Below are positions 29,997 to 40,109 of a stretch of 64,000 bases of DNA, piece after piece. The notes under the pieces were generated by a model. That model was not told where the DNA came from and did no database searches. It saw nothing but the letters and a program-made list of their open reading frames with translations. The translations under genes and the position numbers were made by a program. Position 1 is the stretch's first letter, and each line of letters starts with the position of its first letter. The DNA comes from Leptonema sp. (in: bacteria) (GTDB lineage Bacteria; Spirochaetota; Leptospiria; Leptospirales; Leptonemataceae), in contig JBKBRY010000014.1 in assembly GCA_046291925.1 (NCBI GenBank), positions 4,911 through 68,910 on the forward strand. Direction: 5' to 3'.

Positions 29997-30848
29997 ATGA
30001 ATCCAATAGATTTTAGTTATATTCATAAAAAAGAAGTTTCAAACATCCATCAAAAAAGATTAAAAATTTTTTCTTGGAATGTGAATGGTTTACGAGCAAT
30101 ATCCGAAAAAAATTTTTTTGAATGGTTAGAAAAGGAATCTCCAGATATCTTGTGTTTACAAGAAACCAAAGCAAATTTCGAACAAATCCAAAGCCACCCA
30201 GCTGCTAAGAAAATATTGGAATATCCTTATAATTCTTATTGGTTAAGTTCAGTAAGAAAAGGATATTGTGGAGTTTCTACGTTGACTAAATTAATCCCAA
30301 AGAAATATCAATTTGGATTTACCAAAGACGATCCTAAAAGAAAATTTAATGAAGAAGGTAGGATCATTGTTTTAGAATTTGATTTTTTTTATTTATGGAA
30401 TGTATACTTTCCTAATGGACAACGTGGTCCTGAAAGAGTACAATATAAATTAGAGTTTTATGAACATTGCTTAAAAATTTGGGAAGAACAAAGAAAAGAA
30501 AAGTATTTAATCATTGCGGGAGATTTTAATACAGCCCATAAAGAAATTGATTTAGCTCATCCAAAAGAAAACGAAACAACTTCTGGTTTCTTGCCAGAAG
30601 AAAGAGCTTTTTTGGATAAATTAGTTTCTTTAGGCTACATCGATACTTTTCGCTATTTTGATTCCTCTCCAGGTAAATACACTTATTGGGATCCCATTAC
30701 TCGAGCTAGACAAAGAAATATAGGATGGCGTATTGATTATTTTTTTATAACAAAAGAAACTTTGCCAATTTTGAAAAGTGCATTGATTCAAATGGATGTT
30801 ATGGGTAGCGATCACTGTCCCATCGGTTTGGAAATAGAATTTATCTGA
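29997..30848 (+). CDS. xth: Exodeoxyribonuclease III / AP endonuclease
   Basis: LKIFSWNVNGLRA, the QETK motif, and a C-terminal SDHCP. Confidence 0.85.
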   Translation: MNPIDFSYIHKKEVSNIHQKRLKIFSWNVNGLRAISEKNFFEWLEKESPDILCLQETKANFEQIQSHPAAKKILEYPYNSYWLSSVRKGYCGVSTLTKLIPKKYQFGFTKDDPKRKFNEEGRIIVLEFDFFYLWNVYFPNGQRGPERVQYKLEFYEHCLKIWEEQRKEKYLIIAGDFNTAHKEIDLAHPKENETTSGFLPEERAFLDKLVSLGYIDTFRYFDSSPGKYTYWDPITRARQRNIGWRIDYFFITKETLPILKSALIQMDVMGSDHCPIGLEIEFI

Positions 30849-31324
30849 TTTTTTTCTAAAATAAACTGGTGGACTTCTTTTTCGTTTTTCAAACTGATCA
30901 ATTTCTCGAAATCTTGTTTATTCCAAGATTTAAGATTTTTTTTGATTGCTATTTCTGTTTTGTTTCCTATCCATAAAAGAGAATTTTTGCTTTTTTTGTT
31001 AGATGGAATAATTTCTAAATATCTAAGTCCTGGGTAGTAATTCAAAATATATTTTAAAATTTCTATGAATTTTTCTACAGGGAAGTTCTCCTCTATAGAA
31101 ATTAAGGCAAATGCGTTTTCTGTAAAGGGTTCTTTTGGATAATAGATATCGAATTTTAAGTTGCTTTCCTCTAACAGAATTGCAACGGGTGCAACATTTT
31201 CGTGAAAGGTTAAAACTACAAAAGGTTCTGGCTTTTTGGTTTCTAAGAAAAAAGAGCTAGTTTTGCAAGAGATAAAAAATATAAAAAACAAAAATAGAAA
31301 TAATCTTTTCATAATAGAATACAT
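30812..31324 (-). CDS. Putative lipoprotein, unknown function
   Basis: Signal peptide with lipobox-like FFISC. Its 3' end overlaps the xth 3' end (convergent). Confidence 0.4.
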   Translation of the reverse strand: MYSIMKRLFLFLFFIFFISCKTSSFFLETKKPEPFVVLTFHENVAPVAILLEESNLKFDIYYPKEPFTENAFALISIEENFPVEKFIEILKYILNYYPGLRYLEIIPSNKKSKNSLLWIGNKTEIAIKKNLKSWNKQDFEKLISLKNEKEVHQFILEKNQINSISKPMGQ

Positions 31325-31783
31325 TTTATTTTAAAAAGACAGGTCAAGCACAAAAGTTTACATACAGCAAAAGTAAGGTTTGATGGATAGATAAAAAAAA
31401 TTTTAAGTCTATAAAATTCAATCTAGGAAATGTAATAAAAATTTTAAAAGTTGAAAATTATAAAAGGATTACTGAGAAGTTTTGCACACCTAATAGAATT
31501 CGATACAACTTTTTGGTTGCCATAAATTAGGTTACAAGAAGTAATAATAAATTTTGGTTTATGATACTTGGGGGATTTTATGGTAAGATTGTAGTGTAAA
31601 AATAATTAAGAAAGAAAATAACAATCTATTTTTATAAAAATGATCTTAGCCTAATCTATCCGTAAGAAATAAGGGTGGTCTAAACTTGTTTTTTTATGTG
31701 GATGCCAAACCATTTCTTTAATTTTTATTTTATTTAAATAAAAATTCTTTGACTTTATAAAAATTTTGTACTTTTTGTATAGT

Positions 31784-32428
31784 ATGAAAGAAACTACAGA
31801 GATTAGGACTTTTTACGATTTAATCAAAGTTCTAAAAGAACATCCTGAATTTTTAGAAGAACTAAGGAGGCTTATTTTAACTGAAGAGTTATTAAATCTT
31901 CCTAAAAAATTCGAAGAATTTTTAAAAAATGAATTTCAACCTTTAAAGAAGGAGGTAGATGTATTAAAGCAGGATGTAGCAGTATTAAGGCAGGATGTCA
32001 AGATATTAAAAGATGATGTAAGCCAATTAAAAGGTTCTGATTTTGAAAGAAAAGTAAGAGAAAAAACACCAGCTTTTTTTGGTAGATTGATTCGCAAATG
32101 TAGGCTTATATCCTTCGAAGATTTAGCGTCTTTTCTTGACGACAAAGTAGAGGAAAATGTCATCTCAGAGCAAGAGAAGGAAGAAATTTTAAATTTAGAT
32201 GTAGTAGTATCTGGTTATCTAAAAAACAATAAGGAAAAAAGAGTGATTTTAGCTGCAGAGGTTTCGTTAAAGCCAAACGAAGAAGATTTAATAAGAGCTA
32301 AAAAAAGATCAGAAGTTTTAGGTAGAGCTTATGGATTTCCTTGTATTGCTGTAGTTATAGGTAAAGAAAAAGAGAAAGAAGAAAAATTAATTAAAAAAGC
32401 TGAAGAACTAGATGTAATTTTAATTTAA
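31784..32428 (+). CDS. Hypothetical coiled-coil protein with C-terminal alpha/beta domain
   Basis: Heptad coiled coil VDVLKQDVAVLRQDVKILKDDVSQLKG. Start chosen at ATG 31784; the ORF opens at TTG 31766. Flanked by 440-bp and 280-bp intergenic regions. Confidence 0.4.
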   Translation: MKETTEIRTFYDLIKVLKEHPEFLEELRRLILTEELLNLPKKFEEFLKNEFQPLKKEVDVLKQDVAVLRQDVKILKDDVSQLKGSDFERKVREKTPAFFGRLIRKCRLISFEDLASFLDDKVEENVISEQEKEEILNLDVVVSGYLKNNKEKRVILAAEVSLKPNEEDLIRAKKRSEVLGRAYGFPCIAVVIGKEKEKEEKLIKKAEELDVILI

Positions 32429-32710
32429 ATTATGAATCCAAAAAAATATCTATATTCTTTGTCCATTGATTCATTATAAGTAGTTGATTGTTAAAGAGAA
32501 ATCAGAACATTTTTTTGTATGGATTTTGAATTTTATGCTTAGCTTTAGACCATAAATAGGATCCATAGGTTTTATGTTTTGTCTTTACAGAGATAATTTT
32601 CTCTGTATGTTTTCTTGATCAAATTAACATTTAGGTTGCCTAAAGAATTCATTGATCCAAATTTTTTATATTTTTTTATTTATTTATTGAATTCTAAATA
32701 AATTTTGTAA

Positions 32711-33475
32711 TTGATGGTATCAGAAGGTAAAAAAGGGAAAGTGTATTTGGTAGGTGCTGGACCAGGAGATCCGGAGCTTATTACTCTTAAAGGATATAAA
32801 ATCCTAAAACAATCGGATATTATTTTCTATGATAGTTTAATTAGTGAAGAACTATTCAAATTGCCTGATGTTTCTTCTAAAGAAAAAATTTTTGTAGGAA
32901 AAAGAAAAGGTAAACATAGTTATAGTCAGGAAGAAATCAATGAACTCTTATACCAGCAAGCGAAGAACGGAAAAACTGTCGTAAGACTTAAAGGAGGAGA
33001 TCCTTTTATATTTGGAAGGGGAGGAGAGGAAATAATTTATCTTAATTCTAGAGGTATAGAAGTAGAAGTAATACCAGGGATTACGACTGCATTGGCTGTA
33101 TCTGCAACTTTAAAATTTCCTTTAACCCATAGAGAATTAGGGCGTTCTGTAATCTTTCTTTCAGGATATAGTTCTTATAATTCAGAAGATGAATCAGGAT
33201 TTCCCGATTATAACTGGGAACTGCTTGCAGATCCTTCGATTACTTTGGTTTTTTATATGGGATTATACCATTTAGAAAGGATTACTGAGAGATTGTTAAA
33301 AGCAGGTAGATCAGAAGAAACACCAGTTGTAATTGTTAGTAAAGTTTCTCTTCCCGATCAAAAGATTATTAAAGGAAAATTAAACAATATTTATCGGATT
33401 TCTCAAATAGAAAAAATTGAATATCCTGCTTTACTTGTAGTGGGCAATGTACTTTATGCCTCCTTGAATTTTTGA
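32711..33475 (+). CDS. cobA: Uroporphyrinogen-III C-methyltransferase
   Basis: VYLVGAGPGDPELITLKG and SUMT family motifs. Confidence 0.85.
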   Translation: MMVSEGKKGKVYLVGAGPGDPELITLKGYKILKQSDIIFYDSLISEELFKLPDVSSKEKIFVGKRKGKHSYSQEEINELLYQQAKNGKTVVRLKGGDPFIFGRGGEEIIYLNSRGIEVEVIPGITTALAVSATLKFPLTHRELGRSVIFLSGYSSYNSEDESGFPDYNWELLADPSITLVFYMGLYHLERITERLLKAGRSEETPVVIVSKVSLPDQKIIKGKLNNIYRISQIEKIEYPALLVVGNVLYASLNF

Positions 33476-34233
33476 TAAATTGTATGATACAATATATCGA
33501 TTCCTTCTTCGAATAAGGCTGGTCCAGGTTGCAAAATGATTGAGGGGTCTATCTCATAAATCTGATTTTTTAAAGCCGCTGTGGTTTGTTCCAATAAATT
33601 TTTAATTTGATTCAAGTTTGCTTTTTTTCCACAGAGGCTTAGGAGAATAATGTCAGGGTTTCTTTTAATGATTTCTTGAGTTTCCACAATCCTTTCTTTT
33701 GCAGATTTTTTATATTTTAATTCTGGGAAGATAGGTTTTAAATTCAAAATTTCTAAAATTTCCTCTACCCATTGAATTCCAGAGATTAAGGGATCATCCC
33801 ATTCGAGAAAAATGACTTTTTTTTTATCATAATTTTGGGTTAAATTTTTATAATGTTCAATTTTACTTTTCCATCTGTTAAGAAGATTTTCATATTCTTT
33901 TTTTTTCTCTAATAAGGTTGCAACCCATTCCATAATATTAAAAATTTCATTTATGCTTCTTTGGTTGCTAATAAAAATATTGTGATGGTTTTTGATCAAA
34001 TCTTTAGCTATTTCGGCTTGAACGTCAGAAAATCCTAAAATTAGATCAGGTTTAAGAAGGTTAATTTTATCTATATCAGCTTTTACAAAAGAACAAACAA
34101 TGGTTTTTTCTTTAATTGCTTTTTTAGGCCTTTTTACATAGGTTGAGATTCCAACAATTCTTTCTTCTTCGCCTAATAAATAAAGCAATTCAACATATTC
34201 TTCGGTTAGACAAATAATTTTTTCTATATTCAT
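33454..34233 (-). CDS. BtuF/FecB-like class III substrate-binding protein (cobalamin/siderophore type), no evident signal peptide
   Basis: TroA-like two-lobe architecture: ERIVGIST...LKPDLILGF in the N-lobe and IFLEWDDPLISG in the C-lobe. Confidence 0.5.
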   Translation of the reverse strand: MNIEKIICLTEEYVELLYLLGEEERIVGISTYVKRPKKAIKEKTIVCSFVKADIDKINLLKPDLILGFSDVQAEIAKDLIKNHHNIFISNQRSINEIFNIMEWVATLLEKKKEYENLLNRWKSKIEHYKNLTQNYDKKKVIFLEWDDPLISGIQWVEEILEILNLKPIFPELKYKKSAKERIVETQEIIKRNPDIILLSLCGKKANLNQIKNLLEQTTAALKNQIYEIDPSIILQPGPALFEEGIDILYHTIYQKFKEA

Positions 34234-34271
34234 TTAAGTAAAGCTCGTATTTAACGAGCTTTACAGTTTTT

Positions 34272-36227
34272 TTAACTATGAAATTTTTTCTTATCTTCTA
34301 TTAAAGCTTCTACAACAGAAGGATCAGCTAATGTACTTACATCTCCTAATTCAGAAAATTCACCTGCAGCAATTTTTCTAAGGATCCTACGCATAATTTT
34401 ACCTGAACGAGTCTTGGGTAACCCCGGTGCCCAATGGATTACATCAGGTCTTGCAATTTTTCCAATTTTTTCCACAACTATATCTATCAACTCTTGTTTT
34501 AATTGATCATTGGATGTAAAACCGGTCTTTAGAGTGACATAAGCATAGATACCTTGCCCTTTAATTTCGTGGGGAAATCCTACAACAGCTGCTTCTGCAA
34601 CAGCTTTATGTTCTACAAGAGCACTTTCAATTTCTGCTGTTCCAATTCGATGTCCTGAAACATTCAAAACATCATCAACCCTTCCTGTAATAATATAATA
34701 GCCTTCTTTTGTTCTTTTTGCTCCGTCTCCTGTAAAATAGTATCCTTTGTACTGAACAAAGTAAGTATTGTAAAATCTATCAGGATCACCATAAACTCCT
34801 CGCATCATAGAAGGCCATGGAAATTGAATGCATAAATTTCCAGAAGCCTCCATATTTTGAATTTTATTTCCTTCATTATCTACTAGAATTGGTTGAACTC
34901 CAAAAAATGGTTTTGTTGCAGAACCAGGAATCATATCAATTGCACCAGGTATAGGAGAAATCATAATGGCTCCTGTCTCTGTTTGCCACCAAGTATCTAC
35001 TATTGGGCATCTTTTTTTACCTACATTTTCGTAATACCATTCCCAAGCCTCTGGATTGATAGGTTCTCCTACTGTACCCAATAATCGTAAAGAATCCAAA
35101 TTGTATTTTTCTATCCATTTTGTACCTTCTTTCATTAAAGCTCTTATAGCTGTAGGTGCTGTATAAAATACATTAACTTGATACCTTTCCACAATCTCCC
35201 AGAATCTACCTGGATCGGGATAAGTGGGAACACCTTCGAACATTACGCTTGTGGCACCATTAGAAAGAGGACCATAGACTATATAACTATGTCCTGTAAC
35301 CCATCCAATGTCCGCAGTGCACCAGAATGTATCCTCAGGCTTATGGTCAAAAATATAATAAAAAGTTAAGTTCACTCCTAATAGATAACCACCAGTTGTA
35401 TGCAAAACACCTTTTGGTTTTCCTGTAGAGCCCGAAGTATACAAAATAAATAAAGGATCTTCTGCATCCATTTCTTCTGGTGGGCAAGTGTAAGAGATAT
35501 CACTACTCAATAGATCTCTTAAGTGATGATCCCTTCCGCTTATCCAATGAGTATAATGGCCTTTACCGACCCTTTCTACTACAATTACTTGATCCACTTT
35601 ATGAGAAGATTTGGAAAGGGCTTCGTCAACATTTTTTTTCATATCGATAATTTTACCACCTCTAAAACCTGCATCTGATGTAACAATTAAAGACGGTTTT
35701 GCATCTTCAATTCTTGATTGTAAAGATTCTGCAGAGAAACCGCCAAAAACAACAGAATGGATAGCACCAATTCTAGCGCATGCCAGCATAAAGATAGGCA
35801 GTTCTAAAATCATAGGAAGATAAATCAGTACTCGGTCTCCTTTTTTTATACCAAATTTTTTTAGTATATTTGCATAAATTTGAACATTTCTATATAATTG
35901 TAGGTAAGTTAAGGTTTTTTCTTCTCCCGGTTGATCCCCTACCCAAATTAAGGCAGCCTTGTTTTTTGTAGGTGTGTTTATATGTCTGTCTAAGCAATTG
36001 TAAGATACATTCAACTTCCCATTTACAAACCACTTTACTTTTGCATTGGCGAAATCATGCTCTAAAACTTTATCCCATTTCTTGAACCAGCTTAATCTCT
36101 CTGCTTGTTCAGCCCAAAATTTTTCAGGGTTTTCCACGGACTCTTTATACAGCCTTTCGTATTCATCTTTTTTTAAATTTGCTTTTTTGACAAACTCTTC
36201 CGAAGGTGAATATTTGACATCGTACAT
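34272..36227 (-). CDS. acs: Acetyl-CoA synthetase
   Basis: 651 aa with [18 protein letters not shown] and the C-terminal acetyl-adenylate motifs of Acs. Confidence 0.9.
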   Translation of the reverse strand: MYDVKYSPSEEFVKKANLKKDEYERLYKESVENPEKFWAEQAERLSWFKKWDKVLEHDFANAKVKWFVNGKLNVSYNCLDRHINTPTKNKAALIWVGDQPGEEKTLTYLQLYRNVQIYANILKKFGIKKGDRVLIYLPMILELPIFMLACARIGAIHSVVFGGFSAESLQSRIEDAKPSLIVTSDAGFRGGKIIDMKKNVDEALSKSSHKVDQVIVVERVGKGHYTHWISGRDHHLRDLLSSDISYTCPPEEMDAEDPLFILYTSGSTGKPKGVLHTTGGYLLGVNLTFYYIFDHKPEDTFWCTADIGWVTGHSYIVYGPLSNGATSVMFEGVPTYPDPGRFWEIVERYQVNVFYTAPTAIRALMKEGTKWIEKYNLDSLRLLGTVGEPINPEAWEWYYENVGKKRCPIVDTWWQTETGAIMISPIPGAIDMIPGSATKPFFGVQPILVDNEGNKIQNMEASGNLCIQFPWPSMMRGVYGDPDRFYNTYFVQYKGYYFTGDGAKRTKEGYYIITGRVDDVLNVSGHRIGTAEIESALVEHKAVAEAAVVGFPHEIKGQGIYAYVTLKTGFTSNDQLKQELIDIVVEKIGKIARPDVIHWAPGLPKTRSGKIMRRILRKIAAGEFSELGDVSTLADPSVVEALIEDKKKFHS

Positions 36228-36315
36228 TACTCTCTCCTTTTATATTAAAATTTTACAGTTTAGAAAAAAAATACTTTATAAAAAGTCAAATAAGTTTTTA
36301 CTTATGATAAAAAAA

Positions 36316-37362
36316 TCAACACCCATGGATAGAATATTCGTAGCTGGGCAATTTCCTTAACCAATTATTAAACTTATCTTTTAGTATTTGATATTTTTTT
36401 AAGTCATTGTTGGTTAAAGAATCAAAAATGGATTGATTTGTTTTTGTTAAGTGAATAATGTTCATTAGCTCGTGATTCTCCCATAAATAGTAAATGTAAA
36501 ATCCTGATAAAAGATTTTGATCGTATATGGAATAAAGTGTCTCAAATTTAGGATGAAAAGGAAGTTCCCAATGTTTTTTTAATAATTTATTTTTATTTTG
36601 AAGCAATCCTCCGAAAAATTTAATTTTTGTTTTTTTACATTCGAAATTTTGTTGAACATTTTGTAGTAGTAATGATAGTCCTTCGTTTAGCCAGATGGGA
36701 TAAGTATTGCAACATTCTTCCAGAAAAGCATGAATCAATTCGTGATAGATCACAAAATTAGGTGTAGGATGTTCTTTGGATTGATACCTAAGGGTTAATG
36801 GTATATGAATTTCTTTGTGTTTTCTATCAAAATGTGCTAAAGAATTAATTTCAAAAGGTCTATATGCAGTATAAGATTTATAATTTCTGTAAATAACTAC
36901 ATTGTAATTAGAATCGATTATACTCAAATAGGGATAAGTTTTTAAGGTTTTTATAAAAAATGATAAATCTGAAAGCAAAATTTCTATTTCTTGCTTATTG
37001 GAGTTTGGCTCAATAAAGAATTGAAACGTTATGTTTTCAATGTTTTTAGTTAAACCATTTGAATTAATTTCAGAATGTAGGATCCAATGGGGTCTTTTAG
37101 AAAAAGAACAGAAAAGAAATCCAACCAAACTTAAAATTAAATAAATTTTATAAATATTATTTATTAATCCTTTAGGAAAAGCAATGTCGAGAAAGAATTC
37201 AAATGTAACTTTTAGATATAGAACTAGAACCTCCCACAATTTCGCTATTTTTGGATTTTTATTGGATTTTCTAAAACTAATAAACGATAAATGTCTATTT
37301 ACAACAGAAAAAAAGAGATTTATTTTATTTAATAACTTTTTGTTTTTAAATAAAAATAACAT
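36316..37362 (-). CDS. Putative gluzincin-type zinc metallopeptidase-like lipoprotein (HExxH-x17-NEG)
   Basis: YHELIHAFLEE...WLNEGLS matches the MA-clan HEXXH-X18-E arrangement. The N-terminal hydrophobic segment has a LFCS lipobox. True start is probably internal to the listed ORF. Confidence 0.45.
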   Translation of the reverse strand: MLFLFKNKKLLNKINLFFSVVNRHLSFISFRKSNKNPKIAKLWEVLVLYLKVTFEFFLDIAFPKGLINNIYKIYLILSLVGFLFCSFSKRPHWILHSEINSNGLTKNIENITFQFFIEPNSNKQEIEILLSDLSFFIKTLKTYPYLSIIDSNYNVVIYRNYKSYTAYRPFEINSLAHFDRKHKEIHIPLTLRYQSKEHPTPNFVIYHELIHAFLEECCNTYPIWLNEGLSLLLQNVQQNFECKKTKIKFFGGLLQNKNKLLKKHWELPFHPKFETLYSIYDQNLLSGFYIYYLWENHELMNIIHLTKTNQSIFDSLTNNDLKKYQILKDKFNNWLRKLPSYEYSIHGC

Positions 37363-37409
37363 AGAAATTGGTTTCTTTTGTATTCCTTAACAAAAAAATA
37401 GTAGCTAAG

Positions 37410-38420
37410 ATGAAAAAAAAACTAAATTTTAATGCAATCTTTTTTTATTTAACAATTGGTTCTATAAGTTTTATTTTGTTTTATTTGCTATCAAGTGTTT
37501 GGACACTCGTTTATAGAATTTTCTTTTCTTTAACTGTAACACTGTTTTTTATCTTAGGGATGATCGTTTTTAATCAAATTAATTTTTTTAAGTTTGATCA
37601 AATTTTTAAAAAGAGTAACTTTTTAAAAATTTTAATTACTTTAGTAAATTTACTTTTGCTTTTTTTGATCTTCTATTTGAATCAATTGCCATTAGAATAT
37701 TTTTTTTTCTTTCTTTTTTTAACTATTCTGTTTTTTTTTACAAATTATAATATTTTTTATACCCTTTCTATTTATTTAGTTTTTTGGATTTTTGTTGTGT
37801 TTCAAATGTTTTATCTATTGCAAGAACTTAGTTTGGTCGTTATCGAAAAGACTTACAAGATTTCTCATCAAATAAAAAAAGATATAGATTGGCAAATTCA
37901 AAAAAAAGAACAATATATAGTTACAATTCAAAAAAAAAGTTCTAATTCCAAAAAAATAGTTTTTTATTTACCTTTAGAAATTCATTTTATTGAAAAGCAA
38001 AATTTAGATTTTGATTTTCCTTTGGTGTTTTCTATAAAAAAATCTGAAGAAAAAGAATTGCCCATATTGAGTTGCTTTATTATGCCCAAAAGTTATAATT
38101 TGGTTTTTTTGGATTTACGTTTCCGCTCTATTTTAGAGAAATTCAAATCTCAATATTTGATAGAAGATTATAAATTAGAAAAAATTGACTTTTATGGAAA
38201 TCTGATTCAAAAAGAAAATTCCAATGTAGAAGTTTCCAGCATCTTTTATTCTTATTATGATAGATTTCATGCCAATATGATTCAAAATGGCTTCTATGCA
38301 ATCCATTACGAAGATTTTTACATCATTTTTTGGATCCGAGAAAAGAAAGCGTTGGGTTTCCCTCATGATCTATTTATTTTAGAAATTTTAAAAAAAAATA
38401 CAAAAATTGTTGTTAATTGA
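37410..38420 (+). CDS. Polytopic membrane protein with C-terminal soluble domain, unknown function
   Basis: 4-5 N-terminal TM helices. Start taken at MKKKLNF; the ORF opens at 37368. Confidence 0.35.
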   Translation: MKKKLNFNAIFFYLTIGSISFILFYLLSSVWTLVYRIFFSLTVTLFFILGMIVFNQINFFKFDQIFKKSNFLKILITLVNLLLLFLIFYLNQLPLEYFFFFLFLTILFFFTNYNIFYTLSIYLVFWIFVVFQMFYLLQELSLVVIEKTYKISHQIKKDIDWQIQKKEQYIVTIQKKSSNSKKIVFYLPLEIHFIEKQNLDFDFPLVFSIKKSEEKELPILSCFIMPKSYNLVFLDLRFRSILEKFKSQYLIEDYKLEKIDFYGNLIQKENSNVEVSSIFYSYYDRFHANMIQNGFYAIHYEDFYIIFWIREKKALGFPHDLFILEILKKNTKIVVN

Positions 38421-38491
38421 GTTAAAAAAATTTTAATAAGAATTGACATTAAGAAAAAATTTTCTTTATAGAAAATGTCATAAGGGAAGAT

Positions 38492-39568
38492 ATGAACAAA
38501 GCTAAAGTATTGAGTTTTACTATACTCCTTCTAATTTTGTTTACTTCTTTAAAGGCACAAGAACCAGAACAAAAACCAATAAACTATGCAATGTGGGGTC
38601 TAGTCCCTGGTATGGGACAATTTTTATTAGGAAACAATACTACGGGTGCTTTGCAATTGGGCTTGTTTCTTTCTTTTCTGGGAGGGGCTTTAACTCAAGT
38701 TCGTCGCTCAGATTCTATTCTTTATAAAGAGCGCAAAATTCAATTTAAATTAGAAGATGTAATTTTAGCAGATTCTTTAGAGAAAAATGGGTATTTATAT
38801 AAAGAATATCCCTTTCTGAGTGAATCTCAATATGATAGAGTTTTTAGGATGATTCGATATAATAAACTCATAGAAATCAATCCTTTTTTGGAATATGGTT
38901 CTTATGAGCGAAAAACCTATGCAACAACAGGAGAAGAACTATTCATACAATCTGCTCAGCATGTAATGTTCTATTCAGTATATTCATCTTATAGAGACTC
39001 AGGTGGCATAGCCCATTTAAACGAAGATTATTTTGACTTAGCCATTGCACCATTGAATCCCAGATTTCTATTGAATCAAAAATTTATTATACCAATAGGA
39101 ATCGTTTTATTACTTGTAGGTTATGAGACCTCTCACCCACCCAAAAACCCCGAACGAACTCTTCTTTATCCAGGAATGAAGAGCTCTGGATATATGAACT
39201 TTTATACAACTGTTTTAAGTTTTAATGCAGGGGTGGGCGAAGAAGCTTTTTTTAGAGGATTTATCAATCATTATGCAATACAAGAAGCTGGATTCGGAAT
39301 TGGCTTATTATTCTCTAGTTTATCCTTTGGATTTGCTCATCTAGGCAATGGAATTGGGAATGCTATCTTTGCTACTATTTTTGGTGCTTACTTAGGGTAT
39401 TTACATTACAAAGAAAATTGGGATATAAGGCAAGGTATAGCAATCCACTTCTGGTGGGATATCATTGCAATTGGTTCTACTCTAAGATATATGAAAGAAG
39501 ATTCTAACGTATTAAAAAATTCAAAAGAAATTTTTTTTATGCCTATTTCCTTTCAATTAAAATTTTAG
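38492..39568 (+). CDS. CPBP family intramembrane glutamic endopeptidase (CAAX protease/Abi-like) with N-terminal periplasmic extension
   Basis: CPBP motifs EEAFFRGF, FGFAHLGN and HFWWD. N-terminal signal peptide. Confidence 0.7.
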   Translation: MNKAKVLSFTILLLILFTSLKAQEPEQKPINYAMWGLVPGMGQFLLGNNTTGALQLGLFLSFLGGALTQVRRSDSILYKERKIQFKLEDVILADSLEKNGYLYKEYPFLSESQYDRVFRMIRYNKLIEINPFLEYGSYERKTYATTGEELFIQSAQHVMFYSVYSSYRDSGGIAHLNEDYFDLAIAPLNPRFLLNQKFIIPIGIVLLLVGYETSHPPKNPERTLLYPGMKSSGYMNFYTTVLSFNAGVGEEAFFRGFINHYAIQEAGFGIGLLFSSLSFGFAHLGNGIGNAIFATIFGAYLGYLHYKENWDIRQGIAIHFWWDIIAIGSTLRYMKEDSNVLKNSKEIFFMPISFQLKF

Positions 39569-39575
39569 GAAGGAC

Positions 39576-39857
39576 TTGGATATGCAAAAAAAAATTTTTA
39601 TTTTTCTATTTTTTTTATGGTTCAGTTGTAGCAATTTTGATGATACAATTTCGAGCCAAGATGCTTATTCCCATTTCTATATTGCTATTTTATACAAAGC
39701 TTCCCAATGCAATCAAAAACCGGAATTTTTAATGATTCTTCCCAAAGAAATATCTAAAAAGATCTACGAAGCTTGTATTTTTTCCATAATTCGGATGGAT
39801 TGCCCTTTTAATGAATATCCTTTGATTTGTTATAAAATTTATGAAAAATCTGACTAA
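39576..39857 (+). CDS. Small Cys-containing putative lipoprotein
   Basis: 93 aa with a signal peptide ending LWFSCS and four additional Cys. Start is 8 nt after the CPBP gene stop. Confidence 0.35.
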   Translation: MDMQKKIFIFLFFLWFSCSNFDDTISSQDAYSHFYIAILYKASQCNQKPEFLMILPKEISKKIYEACIFSIIRMDCPFNEYPLICYKIYEKSD

Positions 39858-39911
39858 AGAATCTATTTTAGGAATTGATAGCAATTCCTCTACAGAAAAC
39901 CTATTGGATAT

Positions 39912-39967
39912 AAAAAAAAGCCGTCTTTTTTTCAGGAGGGAATCACTATACAAGACGGCAAAAGAAA
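39912..39967 (-). terminator. Hairpin (gccgtctt...aagacggc) followed by a T-run on the minus strand; candidate terminator for gene 40110..41246
   Basis: 8-bp GC-containing stem at 39920-39927 and 39952-39959. A8 on the plus strand is a U-tract for the minus-strand transcript. The 24-nt loop is long, so it is weak. Confidence 0.35.
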
Positions 39968-40109
39968 ATTAATTTTATTTACAAATAAAGTAAAGCAAAA
40001 TTTATTTTTTATAGTATGAAATATTATTAATTTTTACATCCTCCTTTTATCTTTAAAAGGTGACGAACAATAAGATATTACATAAATCAAAAGGCTATTG
40101 CCTTTTGAT

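Noticed and set aside
32429-32710. Possible cobalamin riboswitch upstream of cobA
   Set aside because: I found no B12-box-like (GCCACTG) element or conserved riboswitch core by eye, so I cannot support it.
34893-36360. Small plus-strand ORFs within or after acs (34893.., 35178.., 35611.., 36046..)
   Set aside because: They are antisense to the acetyl-CoA synthetase gene, or AT-rich read-through, with no support.
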